From positions 81,445-145,444 of the forward strand of contig JBDRCO010000111.1 of assembly GCA_043821645.1 (NCBI GenBank): a stretch of DNA of 64,000 nucleotides, given 5' to 3'. Below the pieces are notes generated by a model. That model saw only the letters and a list, made by a program, of their open reading frames with translations, searched no databases and was not told the DNA's origin. The DNA is from Pseudomonadota bacterium (GTDB lineage Bacteria > Myxococcota > JACRCW01 > JAFGSX01). This document shows positions 37,469 through 46,628 of this stretch, piece by piece. Positions within the stretch are counted from its first letter, which is position 1. Each line of letters starts with the position of its first letter. Both the position numbers and the translations under genes were made by a program.

Positions 37469-38788
37469 CTAGAAAGCCTGGGTGCCGCGATCCGCGACCG
37501 CGCCGAAGAAGCCGGCAGCCTGCTCGGTGGGGTAGCGGTTGCCGTACATCGACACCTTGCTGCTCATCTTGCCCTGCTTGTTCATCCCCATGGCCTCGCG
37601 GAACTGGTTGGCCGGCGAGTCGGGGTTGTAGTCCAGCTTCTCGCTGTAGCGCACGTTCAAGAAGCCCTCGAGGTAGGCCTTGTCGACGGGCAGGGTCTTG
37701 GGGATCTTGGTTTCATTGCCGGTGACGCTGGCGAACTCGAGGTCGCCGAACTTGTCCGTGGTCAGGGTGAGCTTGGTGTTGCTGGCGGGGCTGTACTCGA
37801 AGTCGGCAGCCTTGTTGACGAAGAAGATGTTGTTGTCGAGCTTGAGCGGGTTCTGGTTGAAGCGCGTGTGATCGACGCCGCCCTGCACGTTGCCGCCGAA
37901 GATGTTGTTGTGGATGTCATAGCTCACCATGGTCATCACCCGGAAGCCGTAGCCCATGTCCTTGAGGTCCTTGATGCGGCTCCAGGTGAACAGCACGGTG
38001 TTGTAGCCGAAGTCCACGTTGCCACAGACGGTGGTGAGCTTGGCCGAGGGGCCCGAACCCTGGGCACGGCACGTGCCGTATGCCTCGACCGCGGCCATGC
38101 GGTTGGCCACGAAGAGGTTGTTGCGGATCTTCAGGGTGCCGCCGCGCAGGCCGGCCTGGATGCCAAAGCTGGCGCAGTTGGCGAACACGTTGTTGCTGAA
38201 GGTCATGTCACCTTCCTTGGCGGCACTGGGGATGGACAGGCAGGGCTCGGTGACCGTGGGCTTGTCGTCGCCACCCTTGGCCGGGGGCAGGGTCAGCATG
38301 CCCGTGGCCAGGCCGTCGGGCTTGCCCTCGGTGGGGTGGTAGCTGTTGCGTCCACCCATGTCGAGGATGAAGCCGTCCACCACGGCGTCCTTGACCTCGC
38401 CGGTGAACTTGAACAGCGCCTTGCGCGCCTTGGCACCGCTGGCGTTGTCCGGCGCGAAGCGGGTGGCGTGCTTGGCCAAAGAGCGCGCGCTGAAGTCGGG
38501 GCTGTAGCTGCCGTACAGCTTGACGGCTTTCTTGAACTCGACGTAACCGATGTCGAAGGTGCCTGCGTAGGTGCCCTCGCACACGGCGATGACCTGACCT
38601 GTCTTGGCCTCCTTGGCAGCCTTGTCGATGTTCTTGTAGGGCTTGTCCTTGCTGCCCGGATTCTTGTTGTCACCGGTGGCCTGGCACACGAAGAGCGCAC
38701 CGCTGAGATCCGGCATGTCCGCTGCGCGGGCCGGTGCGATCAGCAGCAGAGCTGAGGATAGGGCCACAAACGAGATCAGGCGATGCAT
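37469..38788 (-). CDS. Exported DUF1565/right-handed beta-helix protein
   Basis: Signal peptide ARA-A. FV....GD....GSKDKPYKNI.KA......I.V.EGTY. NN.F repeats. Confidence 0.8.
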   Translation of the reverse strand: MHRLISFVALSSALLLIAPARAADMPDLSGALFVCQATGDNKNPGSKDKPYKNIDKAAKEAKTGQVIAVCEGTYAGTFDIGYVEFKKAVKLYGSYSPDFSARSLAKHATRFAPDNASGAKARKALFKFTGEVKDAVVDGFILDMGGRNSYHPTEGKPDGLATGMLTLPPAKGGDDKPTVTEPCLSIPSAAKEGDMTFSNNVFANCASFGIQAGLRGGTLKIRNNLFVANRMAAVEAYGTCRAQGSGPSAKLTTVCGNVDFGYNTVLFTWSRIKDLKDMGYGFRVMTMVSYDIHNNIFGGNVQGGVDHTRFNQNPLKLDNNIFFVNKAADFEYSPASNTKLTLTTDKFGDLEFASVTGNETKIPKTLPVDKAYLEGFLNVRYSEKLDYNPDSPANQFREAMGMNKQGKMSSKVSMYGNRYPTEQAAGFFGAVADRGTQAF

Positions 38789-38931
38789 GGAAAACTCCGT
38801 GGGCTGGAGACGCGCTCGTTCACAGGATGTCCAAGTGCGGTCGCAGCGTTGTGAGAATGCGCCGACCCTCGCACAGGTCCTGGAACGGGGCAATCCTGGT
38901 GCACAGGCCGTGGTGCCAGTTCGCGCTCCCC

Positions 38932-41900
38932 TCACGGGCAGTCCACACCCCGCCAGAGATCGACCTTGGTGATATGAACTTGCCGCGCATCGCGGTCGCC
39001 GATGACGACGAGGTCTCGATTGGAAAGCTCCTCACATGCACTGCCTGTCTCGACGCTGGCCCAGGTGCCGCGGGTGAACTTGAACAGCAGATGCTGACCC
39101 TCGGTGACAAGGGTCGTGGCCTCGGCCCAGTCTCCGCTGCGGGCCATGGGCTGGGCGTCGGGAACCCAGCCGCCCAGATCGCTTGCCAGGTACACCGTAT
39201 CGCCGGTGGGGGTCGTGGTGGGCAGGGCCACGCGCAGGGTCAACGCGACCTGGCGCCCCTGAACGGCCACGAGATCCGCGTCCAGGTCGATGATGGCTCC
39301 CGCGGGTTGCCGCGGCAGACGCACGTGGACCACCTGCGCGGCGGCGTCGTGCCACCAGCCTTGCGTCGACGACAGCGCCTCGACACTGGCCACCTCGGAC
39401 AGGGGCACTGCATCCAGGTGCACGGCCGTCGGCGAGCTGGCCACACCGCGAAAGCGCAGCCACAGGTGATCATGCTGGGGCACGAAGCTCCCCTGCTCGG
39501 GTGCGAGCTGCAGGGTCGCGCGGGTCGCCGTCGCGCTCAGCACCATGCCCTGGCGGTAGGGCACACCGGCGTCCTGCCCGGGGCTTTCACCGTCGTCGAG
39601 TACGACGAAGCCAGGTTGTGCGGGCTGATCAGGCACCGCAAACAGCTCGAGGTAGAGCGGGTCGGCCACCTGCGCACCCACGTGGCGCTGCGCAGGCCAC
39701 AGCGGCACGATGGCGTTGGCGCGGGCTAAAACAGGCAGGCGATGAATGGGCGCCTCGACGGAGATGCTGCCGCCTCCCTCGTGGCGACGACCGGTGTCCC
39801 ACTCCACCCAGGTCCCGGTGGGCAGGTGCACCTGGCGCGTGTGCACGCCTTGCCCGACCACGGGAGCCACCAGCAGGGCAGGGCCCAGCATCAGCTGGTC
39901 GTCGATGCCTGTGGCCAGGGCGTCCTCCTGGAAGTCGTAGACGAGGGGTCGAAGCAGGGGCGCACCGGTGTCCGCGGCGTTGTGGGCAAGAGAATAAACA
40001 TAGGGCAACAGCTCGTAGCGCTGGCGGATCAAGGCGCGGCTGATGGCCTCGATCTCGACGCCAAAGGACCACGGTTCCTGCCGCGGTGCGCCAGTCATCA
40101 CGTGAGCCCTGAAGAACGGTGACACGGCACCCAGGGCCATCCAGCGCACGAACAGCTCGCCACCTGGATTGCCCGAGAAGCCACCCACATCCGAACCCAC
40201 CATGCCGACGCCGGACAGCCCAAGGTTGCCAAGCATGGCGGGTGCCATGGCGAGGTGACCCCATTCGCTCTTGGCGTCACCGGTCCACACCGCAGCCTCG
40301 CGCTGTATGCCCGCAAAGCCCGACCGCGTCAGCACGAAGGGGCGCCGTCCAGGGGCTCCTTGCTGCATGCCGTGGCGGGTGGCCCGGGCCATGAGCAGGG
40401 CATACACGTTGCGTGTCTCCCTGTGGTCCGTGGCCACTCCTTCGCCATCGAAGCGCGTGTCGAGGGGAAAGCCACCTGTCTGCCACGTGGTGGGCTCGTT
40501 CATGTCTATCCACACACCGCGGATCCCCGTCGTCATCAGACCCGCCACCTGCGCGGCCCACCAGCCGCGGGTGGCGGGTCGCGTGAAGTCCGGGAACACC
40601 GCGTCGCCGGGCCACACCAGGCCCACGTAGGGCTCGCCCGACGGCAGGGTCACGAAGTGCGCGCCGGCGAGGCCATCGTCGAACACGGCATAGCCACCCC
40701 CGGGCTGGTGCTTGATGCCAGGGTCGATGATCACCGTAGTCTTGACCCCGAGCGCCTCGAGGTCGCTGATCAGACCCGCCGGGTCGGCGAAGCCAGAAGG
40801 GTCCCAGGTGAAGGAACGAAAGCCGTCCATGTAGTCGATGTCGAGCCAGACTCCATCCAGGGGGATGTCGCGCTGGATGAACTGGTCCACGACCTGTCGC
40901 ACCTCGCTCTCGGGCGCGTAACTCCACCGGCACTGGTGGTAGCCCAGGGCCCACAGCGGGGGCAGGGCGGTGCGGCCGGTGAGCGCGGTGTAGCGACGGA
41001 CCACCTCGGGCACCGACGGCCCATTGAACAGCACGAGGTCGAGTTCACCTGCATCCACCTCGATGCCCAGCGTCGACGCCTCGGTCGCGCCCAGGTCAAA
41101 GCGACTGCGATGGGTGTTGTTCAGGTACAGGCCGTGAGCCCGCCCCTCACGCAGCGTGATGAAGAAGGGATGGGACTGGTAAATGGGATCCGAGCTCGGC
41201 GAGAAGGTGGGCTCGGGGTACCAGGGATCCGCGGTCCACATCTCCAGGCGCTGGCCGCGCTTGTCCAGACGCCCGGTCTTCTCGCCAAATCCGACGAAGT
41301 GTTCGTCGGCATGCAAAGCGGCGCTGAGGAGTCGAGGAGAAGACAGGGGATCCACCCCCGTGGCCCTGCAGAGCTCGTGGCCACGGCTGTCGACGATCAG
41401 GAAGCGCAGGCTCGTCCTGTCCACCTCGATGCTCAGCTCGCCTGTGTTGATACGCCAGCGGTCCCCTAGGTCGTCGGGGACGATGGGCTGGTCAGGCCAC
41501 GCCGTCGGCACCGTGGTCCAGCCCCGATCGTGCTGCGCTGTCCCGGAGAGATAGCGCAGCCTCACCACACCGGGCTCGAGCACGGTCAGCTGCAGGCTGA
41601 AAAGTCCTGCATCGAGCACGACCATCCCCTGGGTCACGAGAGGACCTCCGTCGGTACGTGCGTCGCCATCCCCACCTCCATCGTTTTGAAGCCCCCCATC
41701 ATGGGAGCTGTCGCCAGCCCAGGAATCGACCAGGTTGCTGTCGACCCTGGAACCGGCCTCGCCTGGGAGGTCCGCGGCGTTTCGGTCACCTGGCCCAGCG
41801 TCGCTGCTCATATCCAGGCCTGGGCGATCTGAAAAACCCCCCTCGGTGCTGGCATCGACCCAGGTCAAGCTGTCGTGGATTCCGCTGTCATGCGGCGTCG

Positions 41901-42015
41901 TGGCGTCCCCCACCGGTGGTTCTGGTGCTGGGCACCCCGCAAGGAGAGTCAGCACCAGGCCGCTGCCCCAGAAGAGAGCCCGGTGCCAGAAAACAGGGGT
42001 GTGTCTCAGTGCCAT
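38932..42015 (-). CDS. GH31 alpha-glucosidase lipoprotein with a C-terminal CBM20-like domain
   Basis: GFGEK, PPLWALGYHQCRWSY, WLDIDYMDG, WIDMNEP nucleophile, WTGD and GSDVGGF motifs. C-terminal VYLAS...W.P...FKFTRG.W..VE. Lipobox LLAG-C. Confidence 0.92.
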   Translation of the reverse strand: MALRHTPVFWHRALFWGSGLVLTLLAGCPAPEPPVGDATTPHDSGIHDSLTWVDASTEGGFSDRPGLDMSSDAGPGDRNAADLPGEAGSRVDSNLVDSWAGDSSHDGGLQNDGGGDGDARTDGGPLVTQGMVVLDAGLFSLQLTVLEPGVVRLRYLSGTAQHDRGWTTVPTAWPDQPIVPDDLGDRWRINTGELSIEVDRTSLRFLIVDSRGHELCRATGVDPLSSPRLLSAALHADEHFVGFGEKTGRLDKRGQRLEMWTADPWYPEPTFSPSSDPIYQSHPFFITLREGRAHGLYLNNTHRSRFDLGATEASTLGIEVDAGELDLVLFNGPSVPEVVRRYTALTGRTALPPLWALGYHQCRWSYAPESEVRQVVDQFIQRDIPLDGVWLDIDYMDGFRSFTWDPSGFADPAGLISDLEALGVKTTVIIDPGIKHQPGGGYAVFDDGLAGAHFVTLPSGEPYVGLVWPGDAVFPDFTRPATRGWWAAQVAGLMTTGIRGVWIDMNEPTTWQTGGFPLDTRFDGEGVATDHRETRNVYALLMARATRHGMQQGAPGRRPFVLTRSGFAGIQREAAVWTGDAKSEWGHLAMAPAMLGNLGLSGVGMVGSDVGGFSGNPGGELFVRWMALGAVSPFFRAHVMTGAPRQEPWSFGVEIEAISRALIRQRYELLPYVYSLAHNAADTGAPLLRPLVYDFQEDALATGIDDQLMLGPALLVAPVVGQGVHTRQVHLPTGTWVEWDTGRRHEGGGSISVEAPIHRLPVLARANAIVPLWPAQRHVGAQVADPLYLELFAVPDQPAQPGFVVLDDGESPGQDAGVPYRQGMVLSATATRATLQLAPEQGSFVPQHDHLWLRFRGVASSPTAVHLDAVPLSEVASVEALSSTQGWWHDAAAQVVHVRLPRQPAGAIIDLDADLVAVQGRQVALTLRVALPTTTPTGDTVYLASDLGGWVPDAQPMARSGDWAEATTLVTEGQHLLFKFTRGTWASVETGSACEELSNRDLVVIGDRDARQVHITKVDLWRGVDCP

Positions 42016-42149
42016 GCTGCATCCTGACATCGCCACTGCCTCGGTCAACTAGATCGCGCACGCAACCCGGAGGGAACTCACCTGTGCTGGGGGTGGCCAA
42101 AGTTATTGCCCGCGCTTACTCTTGCTGAGTGGGAACAATTTCGAAAAAA

Positions 42150-42177
42150 TTGCCGATAGAGCTGTGGTGGGTATAAT
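42150..42177 (+). promoter_or_regulatory. Sigma70-type promoter
   Basis: TTGCCG-N16-TATAAT with an A-rich upstream element, ahead of the small ORF at 42248. Confidence 0.7.
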
Positions 42178-42247
42178 TCTCGGGGAGAGGAGAACACGCC
42201 ACATGGGCCCTTGAGTAAGGAGCCAGCAGGGGGCATAGGAGCCCGAA

Positions 42248-42409
42248 ATGATTGATGTTTATATTATAGAAGAGCTGGAGAAGGAGCGTCGCAAGGATCG
42301 CCGCGATGAGGCCTTTGTCTGGATCTCCGATCCGGGCGAGGAAGCGCCGTGGGAGCGACCCGAGCCAGTTCGCCCCGAACCTCCGAGGGTCATCGTGATT
42401 GACCTGTAG
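42248..42409 (+). CDS. 53-aa small protein MIDVYIIEELEKERRKDRRDEAFVWISDPGEEAPWERPEPVRPEPPRVIVIDL
   Basis: Translated by hand. It has an AGGAG RBS, its own promoter and a terminator. Confidence 0.8.
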   Translation: MIDVYIIEELEKERRKDRRDEAFVWISDPGEEAPWERPEPVRPEPPRVIVIDL

Positions 42410-42432
42410 ACCGGACACCCTCCCGGTCACGG

Positions 42433-42465
42433 AGGCCTCGTCGCCCGGACGGGGCCTTTTTGTTT
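42433..42465 (+). terminator. Rho-independent terminator
   Basis: AGGCCTCGTC-gcccg-GACGGGGCCT followed by TTTTGTTT. Confidence 0.75.
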
Positions 42466-42603
42466 CTGGTCCGAGCTGGCTTTGGTGCTCTGAGCTGGGT
42501 GCTCTCGCATCCCATCCCCGTTTGATAGTGCCCGAGCGTCGTGACAGCGCTGCCCGGGACGGCGTGCTCCTCCCGATCGAGATTCCGGGTATAAGCTACG
42601 CTC

Positions 42604-44544
42604 ATGTACCAACACCACAGAGCTGCGGGCGTGGCGCTTGTCCTGTGCTGGGGCCTCGGCTGCGAGCCGCCGCCGGCCGCCCAGGAGACCTCCTTCACCG
42701 TGCCACGGCAGGGTCGCCGCCACTTCCTGGACCTCCCCTGGCCCTCGGATCTGGAGCGGCGCAGCGACGGAACCATCGTGCTGCGGACCTACCCCAACCC
42801 CACGAATTCGAGCACGCTCGACGACTACATGCTGCTGGCCGAAAAACTGGAGGGCTTCGCTCTCAATGCGGCCATCTACCTTGGGATCGGTACACCGCTG
42901 GAGGTCGAGAGCCTGCCGACACCAAGCGGTGCCTGGGGCGAGCCACATTCCAGCGTGCAGCTGGTGGATGTGGATCCCGATTCTCCCCGACGAGGCGAGC
43001 GCTGGCCCCTGACCTGGAGGAGCTACCTGGGTGACCAGTTCATGCCCGATCACAGTCTTGCGGTCATGCCCGTGCTTGGCTTCCCACTGGCGCCGGAGAC
43101 CACCTACGCCGTGGTGGTGACCTCGGAAGCCAGAACCGGGGCGGGGGGGCGGCTCGCCGCGTCGGCAGATCTGCGTGCCCTGCTCGACGCCGTGGAGCCT
43201 GAGGACTCGGCGCTGAAGGTGGGCCATGCGCTGTTCGAGCCGCTGCGCACGCTGTGGCGCGACGAGGGGCGCGAGAGCGAGGAGATCGTACAGGCCACGG
43301 TGTTCACGACGCGGGACCCGGTGAGCATGATGCAGAGAGCCGCCGATGATCTGGCGGCGCGCAGCGACGCACGCGTTGTCTCTTTGGCGCCTGGCCGGGA
43401 CGCCGAGACCCACGCCCTGTATCGCGTGTACGAGGGCGTGGTGGAGCTCGATCAGTTCCAGCAGGGCGCACCACCGTTCGAGGCCTATGGCAGCGGTGGC
43501 CTGGTCGTCGACGGCCAGGGCGTGCCCGTGGTTCAACGGCGCGAGCAGATGCCATTCGCCCTGACCGTGCCTCGCCAATCCCCTCCGGCGGGTGGCTGGC
43601 CCGTGGCTCTGGTGGCCCACGGAACGGGAGGCTGGTGGCGCGGATTCATCGGCGATCGCGCGGGAGATGAGGCGGTGTTCCTGGCGCGCGCGGGCTGGGC
43701 CGCGCTCTCGATCTCGCAGCCTCTACACAGGGATCGAGAGGGCTACCGGCCAGGCCTCGAGGAGCTGAACACCTTCAACTTCGTCAACCCCGTTGCGGGC
43801 GTCACGGTGTGGCAGCAATCGGCCCTGGAAACCGTGGCCCTGGCGCGCCTGCTGCGGGAAGGGGAGCTGTGGCTGGACAGTGGCGCACGTGTGGCCGTGG
43901 ATGGGTCGCGCATCGGCCTGTTCGGGCACAGCCAGGGTGGACTCAGTGGCGCCCTCGCCCTGGGGGTCGACCACATCATCGGCACTGCGGTGTTGTCCGG
44001 CGCCGGTGGAGGTTTTGCCTTTTCCCTGCTCGAGAAGACCTCTCCCAGTGCACCGGTGGCTGCCATCCGCCTTCTGCTCAGCCTCGACGATGAAGCCCCC
44101 CTGGATGTGTTTCACCCTGTGCTCACCTTGCTGCAGCTCCTGGCCGAGCCCGCCGAGCCACTCAACATGGCTCCGCGGCTGTACCGCGAGGGGCCGAGGC
44201 GAATTCCTCCGTCGGTGCTGATGACCTCTGGTTACATCGATACCTACACACCGGTATCCAACCACGCGCCCCTGGGTCTGGCCATGGGCCTTCCTGTCGT
44301 CGGGCCGGTGGTCCGCTGGCCAGCCCCCTACGACCTGGTGCAAGCAGGACCACTGGCCGCGCCTCTTGCAGGAAACCTGGCGCGGGCAGGCCGGACAGTG
44401 ACCGCTGGCCTGGTGCAGTTCGCTGCGCTGTACCCGGATGACGGGCACTTCGTGGTCTTCGACAACCCACGTGCGACTGCCACCGTGCAGCGATTCTTCT
44501 CGACGGCCAGGGAGGGAGTTGCGGTGATCGATCCGCGACCGTGA
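42604..44544 (+). CDS. Alpha/beta-hydrolase lipoprotein (lipase-like) with an N-terminal Ig-like domain
   Basis: Lipobox GLG-C. LPWPSD, VAHGTGG, GHSQGG nucleophile, DTYTP and DGHFV motifs. Confidence 0.82.
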   Translation: MYQHHRAAGVALVLCWGLGCEPPPAAQETSFTVPRQGRRHFLDLPWPSDLERRSDGTIVLRTYPNPTNSSTLDDYMLLAEKLEGFALNAAIYLGIGTPLEVESLPTPSGAWGEPHSSVQLVDVDPDSPRRGERWPLTWRSYLGDQFMPDHSLAVMPVLGFPLAPETTYAVVVTSEARTGAGGRLAASADLRALLDAVEPEDSALKVGHALFEPLRTLWRDEGRESEEIVQATVFTTRDPVSMMQRAADDLAARSDARVVSLAPGRDAETHALYRVYEGVVELDQFQQGAPPFEAYGSGGLVVDGQGVPVVQRREQMPFALTVPRQSPPAGGWPVALVAHGTGGWWRGFIGDRAGDEAVFLARAGWAALSISQPLHRDREGYRPGLEELNTFNFVNPVAGVTVWQQSALETVALARLLREGELWLDSGARVAVDGSRIGLFGHSQGGLSGALALGVDHIIGTAVLSGAGGGFAFSLLEKTSPSAPVAAIRLLLSLDDEAPLDVFHPVLTLLQLLAEPAEPLNMAPRLYREGPRRIPPSVLMTSGYIDTYTPVSNHAPLGLAMGLPVVGPVVRWPAPYDLVQAGPLAAPLAGNLARAGRTVTAGLVQFAALYPDDGHFVVFDNPRATATVQRFFSTAREGVAVIDPRP

Positions 44545-44634
44545 TCGCGAACAAAGCTGTGTCGACGTGAAGTGCCAGCTATGCTTAGATGGCACCACCG
44601 AATGCATGAAGGAACCCCTCGGGAGCGAGCAAGG

Positions 44635-45759
44635 ATGGGGAAGCAGCGTGTCCAGTCACAGCGTCGAGCATGCGCGCTGCGCAGGCCCTTCGTCTCTGAC
44701 GCGTGGGCCTTCGCGATCCTGATGCTCGCCGCATCCCTGGCCGCCCGCGGTGCCAGTGCTCAGGAGCTCGCCGGCGAGGAGCGCGTGCTGGTCCTGGGAC
44801 TCGTCGATAGCGGGGTCGGGGAGGATGCGACGCGCCGGATCACCTCGGTGCTCCGGACCGAGGTCGCCTCGGTTGTCGCCGGGCGCTACGTCGAGGCCAA
44901 AGGCGCTCTGGCAAGTGAGAGCTGTCCGCTCGAGAACCTGACCAGTTGCGCGGCGAGCAAGGGGCGGCTGGCCCGAGCGGGGCTGGTCGTCGTCGGAACC
45001 GTGGCTGCTCTGGCTGACGTGCAGCTCGTGGATCTGCGTGTCATCGATGTCGTGGGAGGCGTCGAGACCGGGCGGCTGCAGAGTGCCCTGGGCGGTACGG
45101 CCGAGGAAAACCGGCGGGTGCTGCGCGAGCTGTCTGTTCGTCTCCTGGCTCCCCAGGCCTACGTGGGCAGCCTCGCCGTCGAGAATCTGGCGGCGGGAGA
45201 TCAGCTCGTGGTCGACGGAGCGGAGGTCCAGACCGAGGTGCCGACGACCCGGGTCACGCTCCCGGTCGGGCAGCACGCCATCGAGGTGCTCAACAACGAA
45301 GACATCCGGCTGAGCGAGATCGTGGACATCGCCTTCGACCGCACGCACGTGGCGCACCTTGGCGGCACCCCGGAAGCGGTGCCCGAACCCACGACCTCGT
45401 CACCAAGCTGGCCATTCTGGGCATCGCTTTCCGCGAGTGCGCTGACTGCCGTGACCAGCGTGGCGCTGCTTTCCACCTTCTTTGCGCTGGACCTGATGGG
45501 TCAACTCGAGGCCGCCGAGAACAACAAGCAGGACAGGATTCGCTCGGATTCCGCCTGCATCGTTCCCCCGGGGCGGGACAACAACGTGTCGCAGTTCTAC
45601 TATTGCGACGAGCAGATCGATACCGCGACCACCAACATCGCGCTTGTGCTGGGCGGTGCGGCCGCGACCGGGCTGCTGGCCATCGGCAGTGGCGTGGCCG
45701 CCGGGCTGCTCTTCTCTTCTGGCAGCGAGGCGACCGAGGACACCGTCGCGGCGCCCTGA
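44635..45759 (+). CDS. Exported protein with a TolB_N/FlgO-like domain, PEGA-like domain and C-terminal hydrophobic helices
   Basis: LVVVGTV......LVDLRVIDV..G and GSL.V......L.VDG....LPVGQH.IEV patterns. Start uncertain. Confidence 0.6.
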   Translation: MGKQRVQSQRRACALRRPFVSDAWAFAILMLAASLAARGASAQELAGEERVLVLGLVDSGVGEDATRRITSVLRTEVASVVAGRYVEAKGALASESCPLENLTSCAASKGRLARAGLVVVGTVAALADVQLVDLRVIDVVGGVETGRLQSALGGTAEENRRVLRELSVRLLAPQAYVGSLAVENLAAGDQLVVDGAEVQTEVPTTRVTLPVGQHAIEVLNNEDIRLSEIVDIAFDRTHVAHLGGTPEAVPEPTTSSPSWPFWASLSASALTAVTSVALLSTFFALDLMGQLEAAENNKQDRIRSDSACIVPPGRDNNVSQFYYCDEQIDTATTNIALVLGGAAATGLLAIGSGVAAGLLFSSGSEATEDTVAAP

Positions 45760-45837
45760 GGCTGAGGCCGGATAGCACTTGCAGGATCCTGCGCAGCCAG
45801 CTACAAGGCGAGCCCTTCTGTTAGGATGGAGGTCCCC

Positions 45838-45972
45838 ATGTCGTCCTGTTCAAAACGATCCGAGACGCGACGCAAAGCGAAGCGCACCACGGCTGGTCTG
45901 AAGCGAAAGAAGCTCCTGAACCGGGAAGGCTCGACCAAGTCGGCCAAGGACCTGTTCGCGACCAAGAGCTGA
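45838..45972 (+). CDS. 44-aa basic protein MSSCSKRSETRRKAKRTTAGLKRKKLLNREGSTKSAKDLFATKS
   Basis: Translated by hand. GGAGGT RBS; candidate TTGCAG-N17-TACAAG promoter. Confidence 0.75.
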   Translation: MSSCSKRSETRRKAKRTTAGLKRKKLLNREGSTKSAKDLFATKS

Positions 45973-46081
45973 CGGACCCTCCCGCGGCGGCTTCTCGCCA
46001 CCGGGATCCCATCATCGGTCTTCTTGTCGAGTTTGCCGAGCACGGCAGTGCTCGCGATAATGGACGTCCGGACGGAGAAGG

Positions 46082-46414
46082 TCAGACCTCTTCGGCTACT
46101 TCCTCGTCGGTACCCGCCCCGAAGTCATCACTGGACTCCTCGTCCAGATCTTCCTCGTCCGTTTCAACGATGGCTTCCAGCTCGGCGTCGTCCTCGAACG
46201 CGTCCTCGCTGCCCTCGCCCTCGAACACGGCGCGCAGCTTGAGCACGCCGCCGTCGTCATCCGCCAGGCTGGACGAAGTGCTTCGCCGCGCTGGCGTGGA
46301 GTCCTGAGGATTCCACGCGCACTTGGGACAGACCGGGGTGTTGCGTCCCAGATCGTAGAACTTGGTGCCGCAGCTCGCGCACGTGTACTTGGTTCCCAGC
46401 TTGGGCTTCGCCAT
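46082..46414 (-). CDS. FYDLN acid domain protein (TIGR02300)
   Basis: LGTKYTCASCGTKFYDL....VCPKC followed by an acidic tail. Confidence 0.92.
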   Translation of the reverse strand: MAKPKLGTKYTCASCGTKFYDLGRNTPVCPKCAWNPQDSTPARRSTSSSLADDDGGVLKLRAVFEGEGSEDAFEDDAELEAIVETDEEDLDEESSDDFGAGTDEEVAEEV

Positions 46415-46628
46415 GATGTGCCTCATGCCCGTGCCTGCGCGGGCTCGGCGACGATTGTCGTCAACCGCGGTTTTTTTTCACACCAGGTAGAAGCGTGTCA
46501 AGGCTGACGCACAGATCTGGTCAGCAGCCTTGCCGGGGAGGGCTCCCGGCCAGGATAATCGACGCGAAACTGGCCCGTCCGGACACAGCCCGAAGGTGGA
46601 TGGTTCGAGGGCGGGAGTGGAGATCAGA

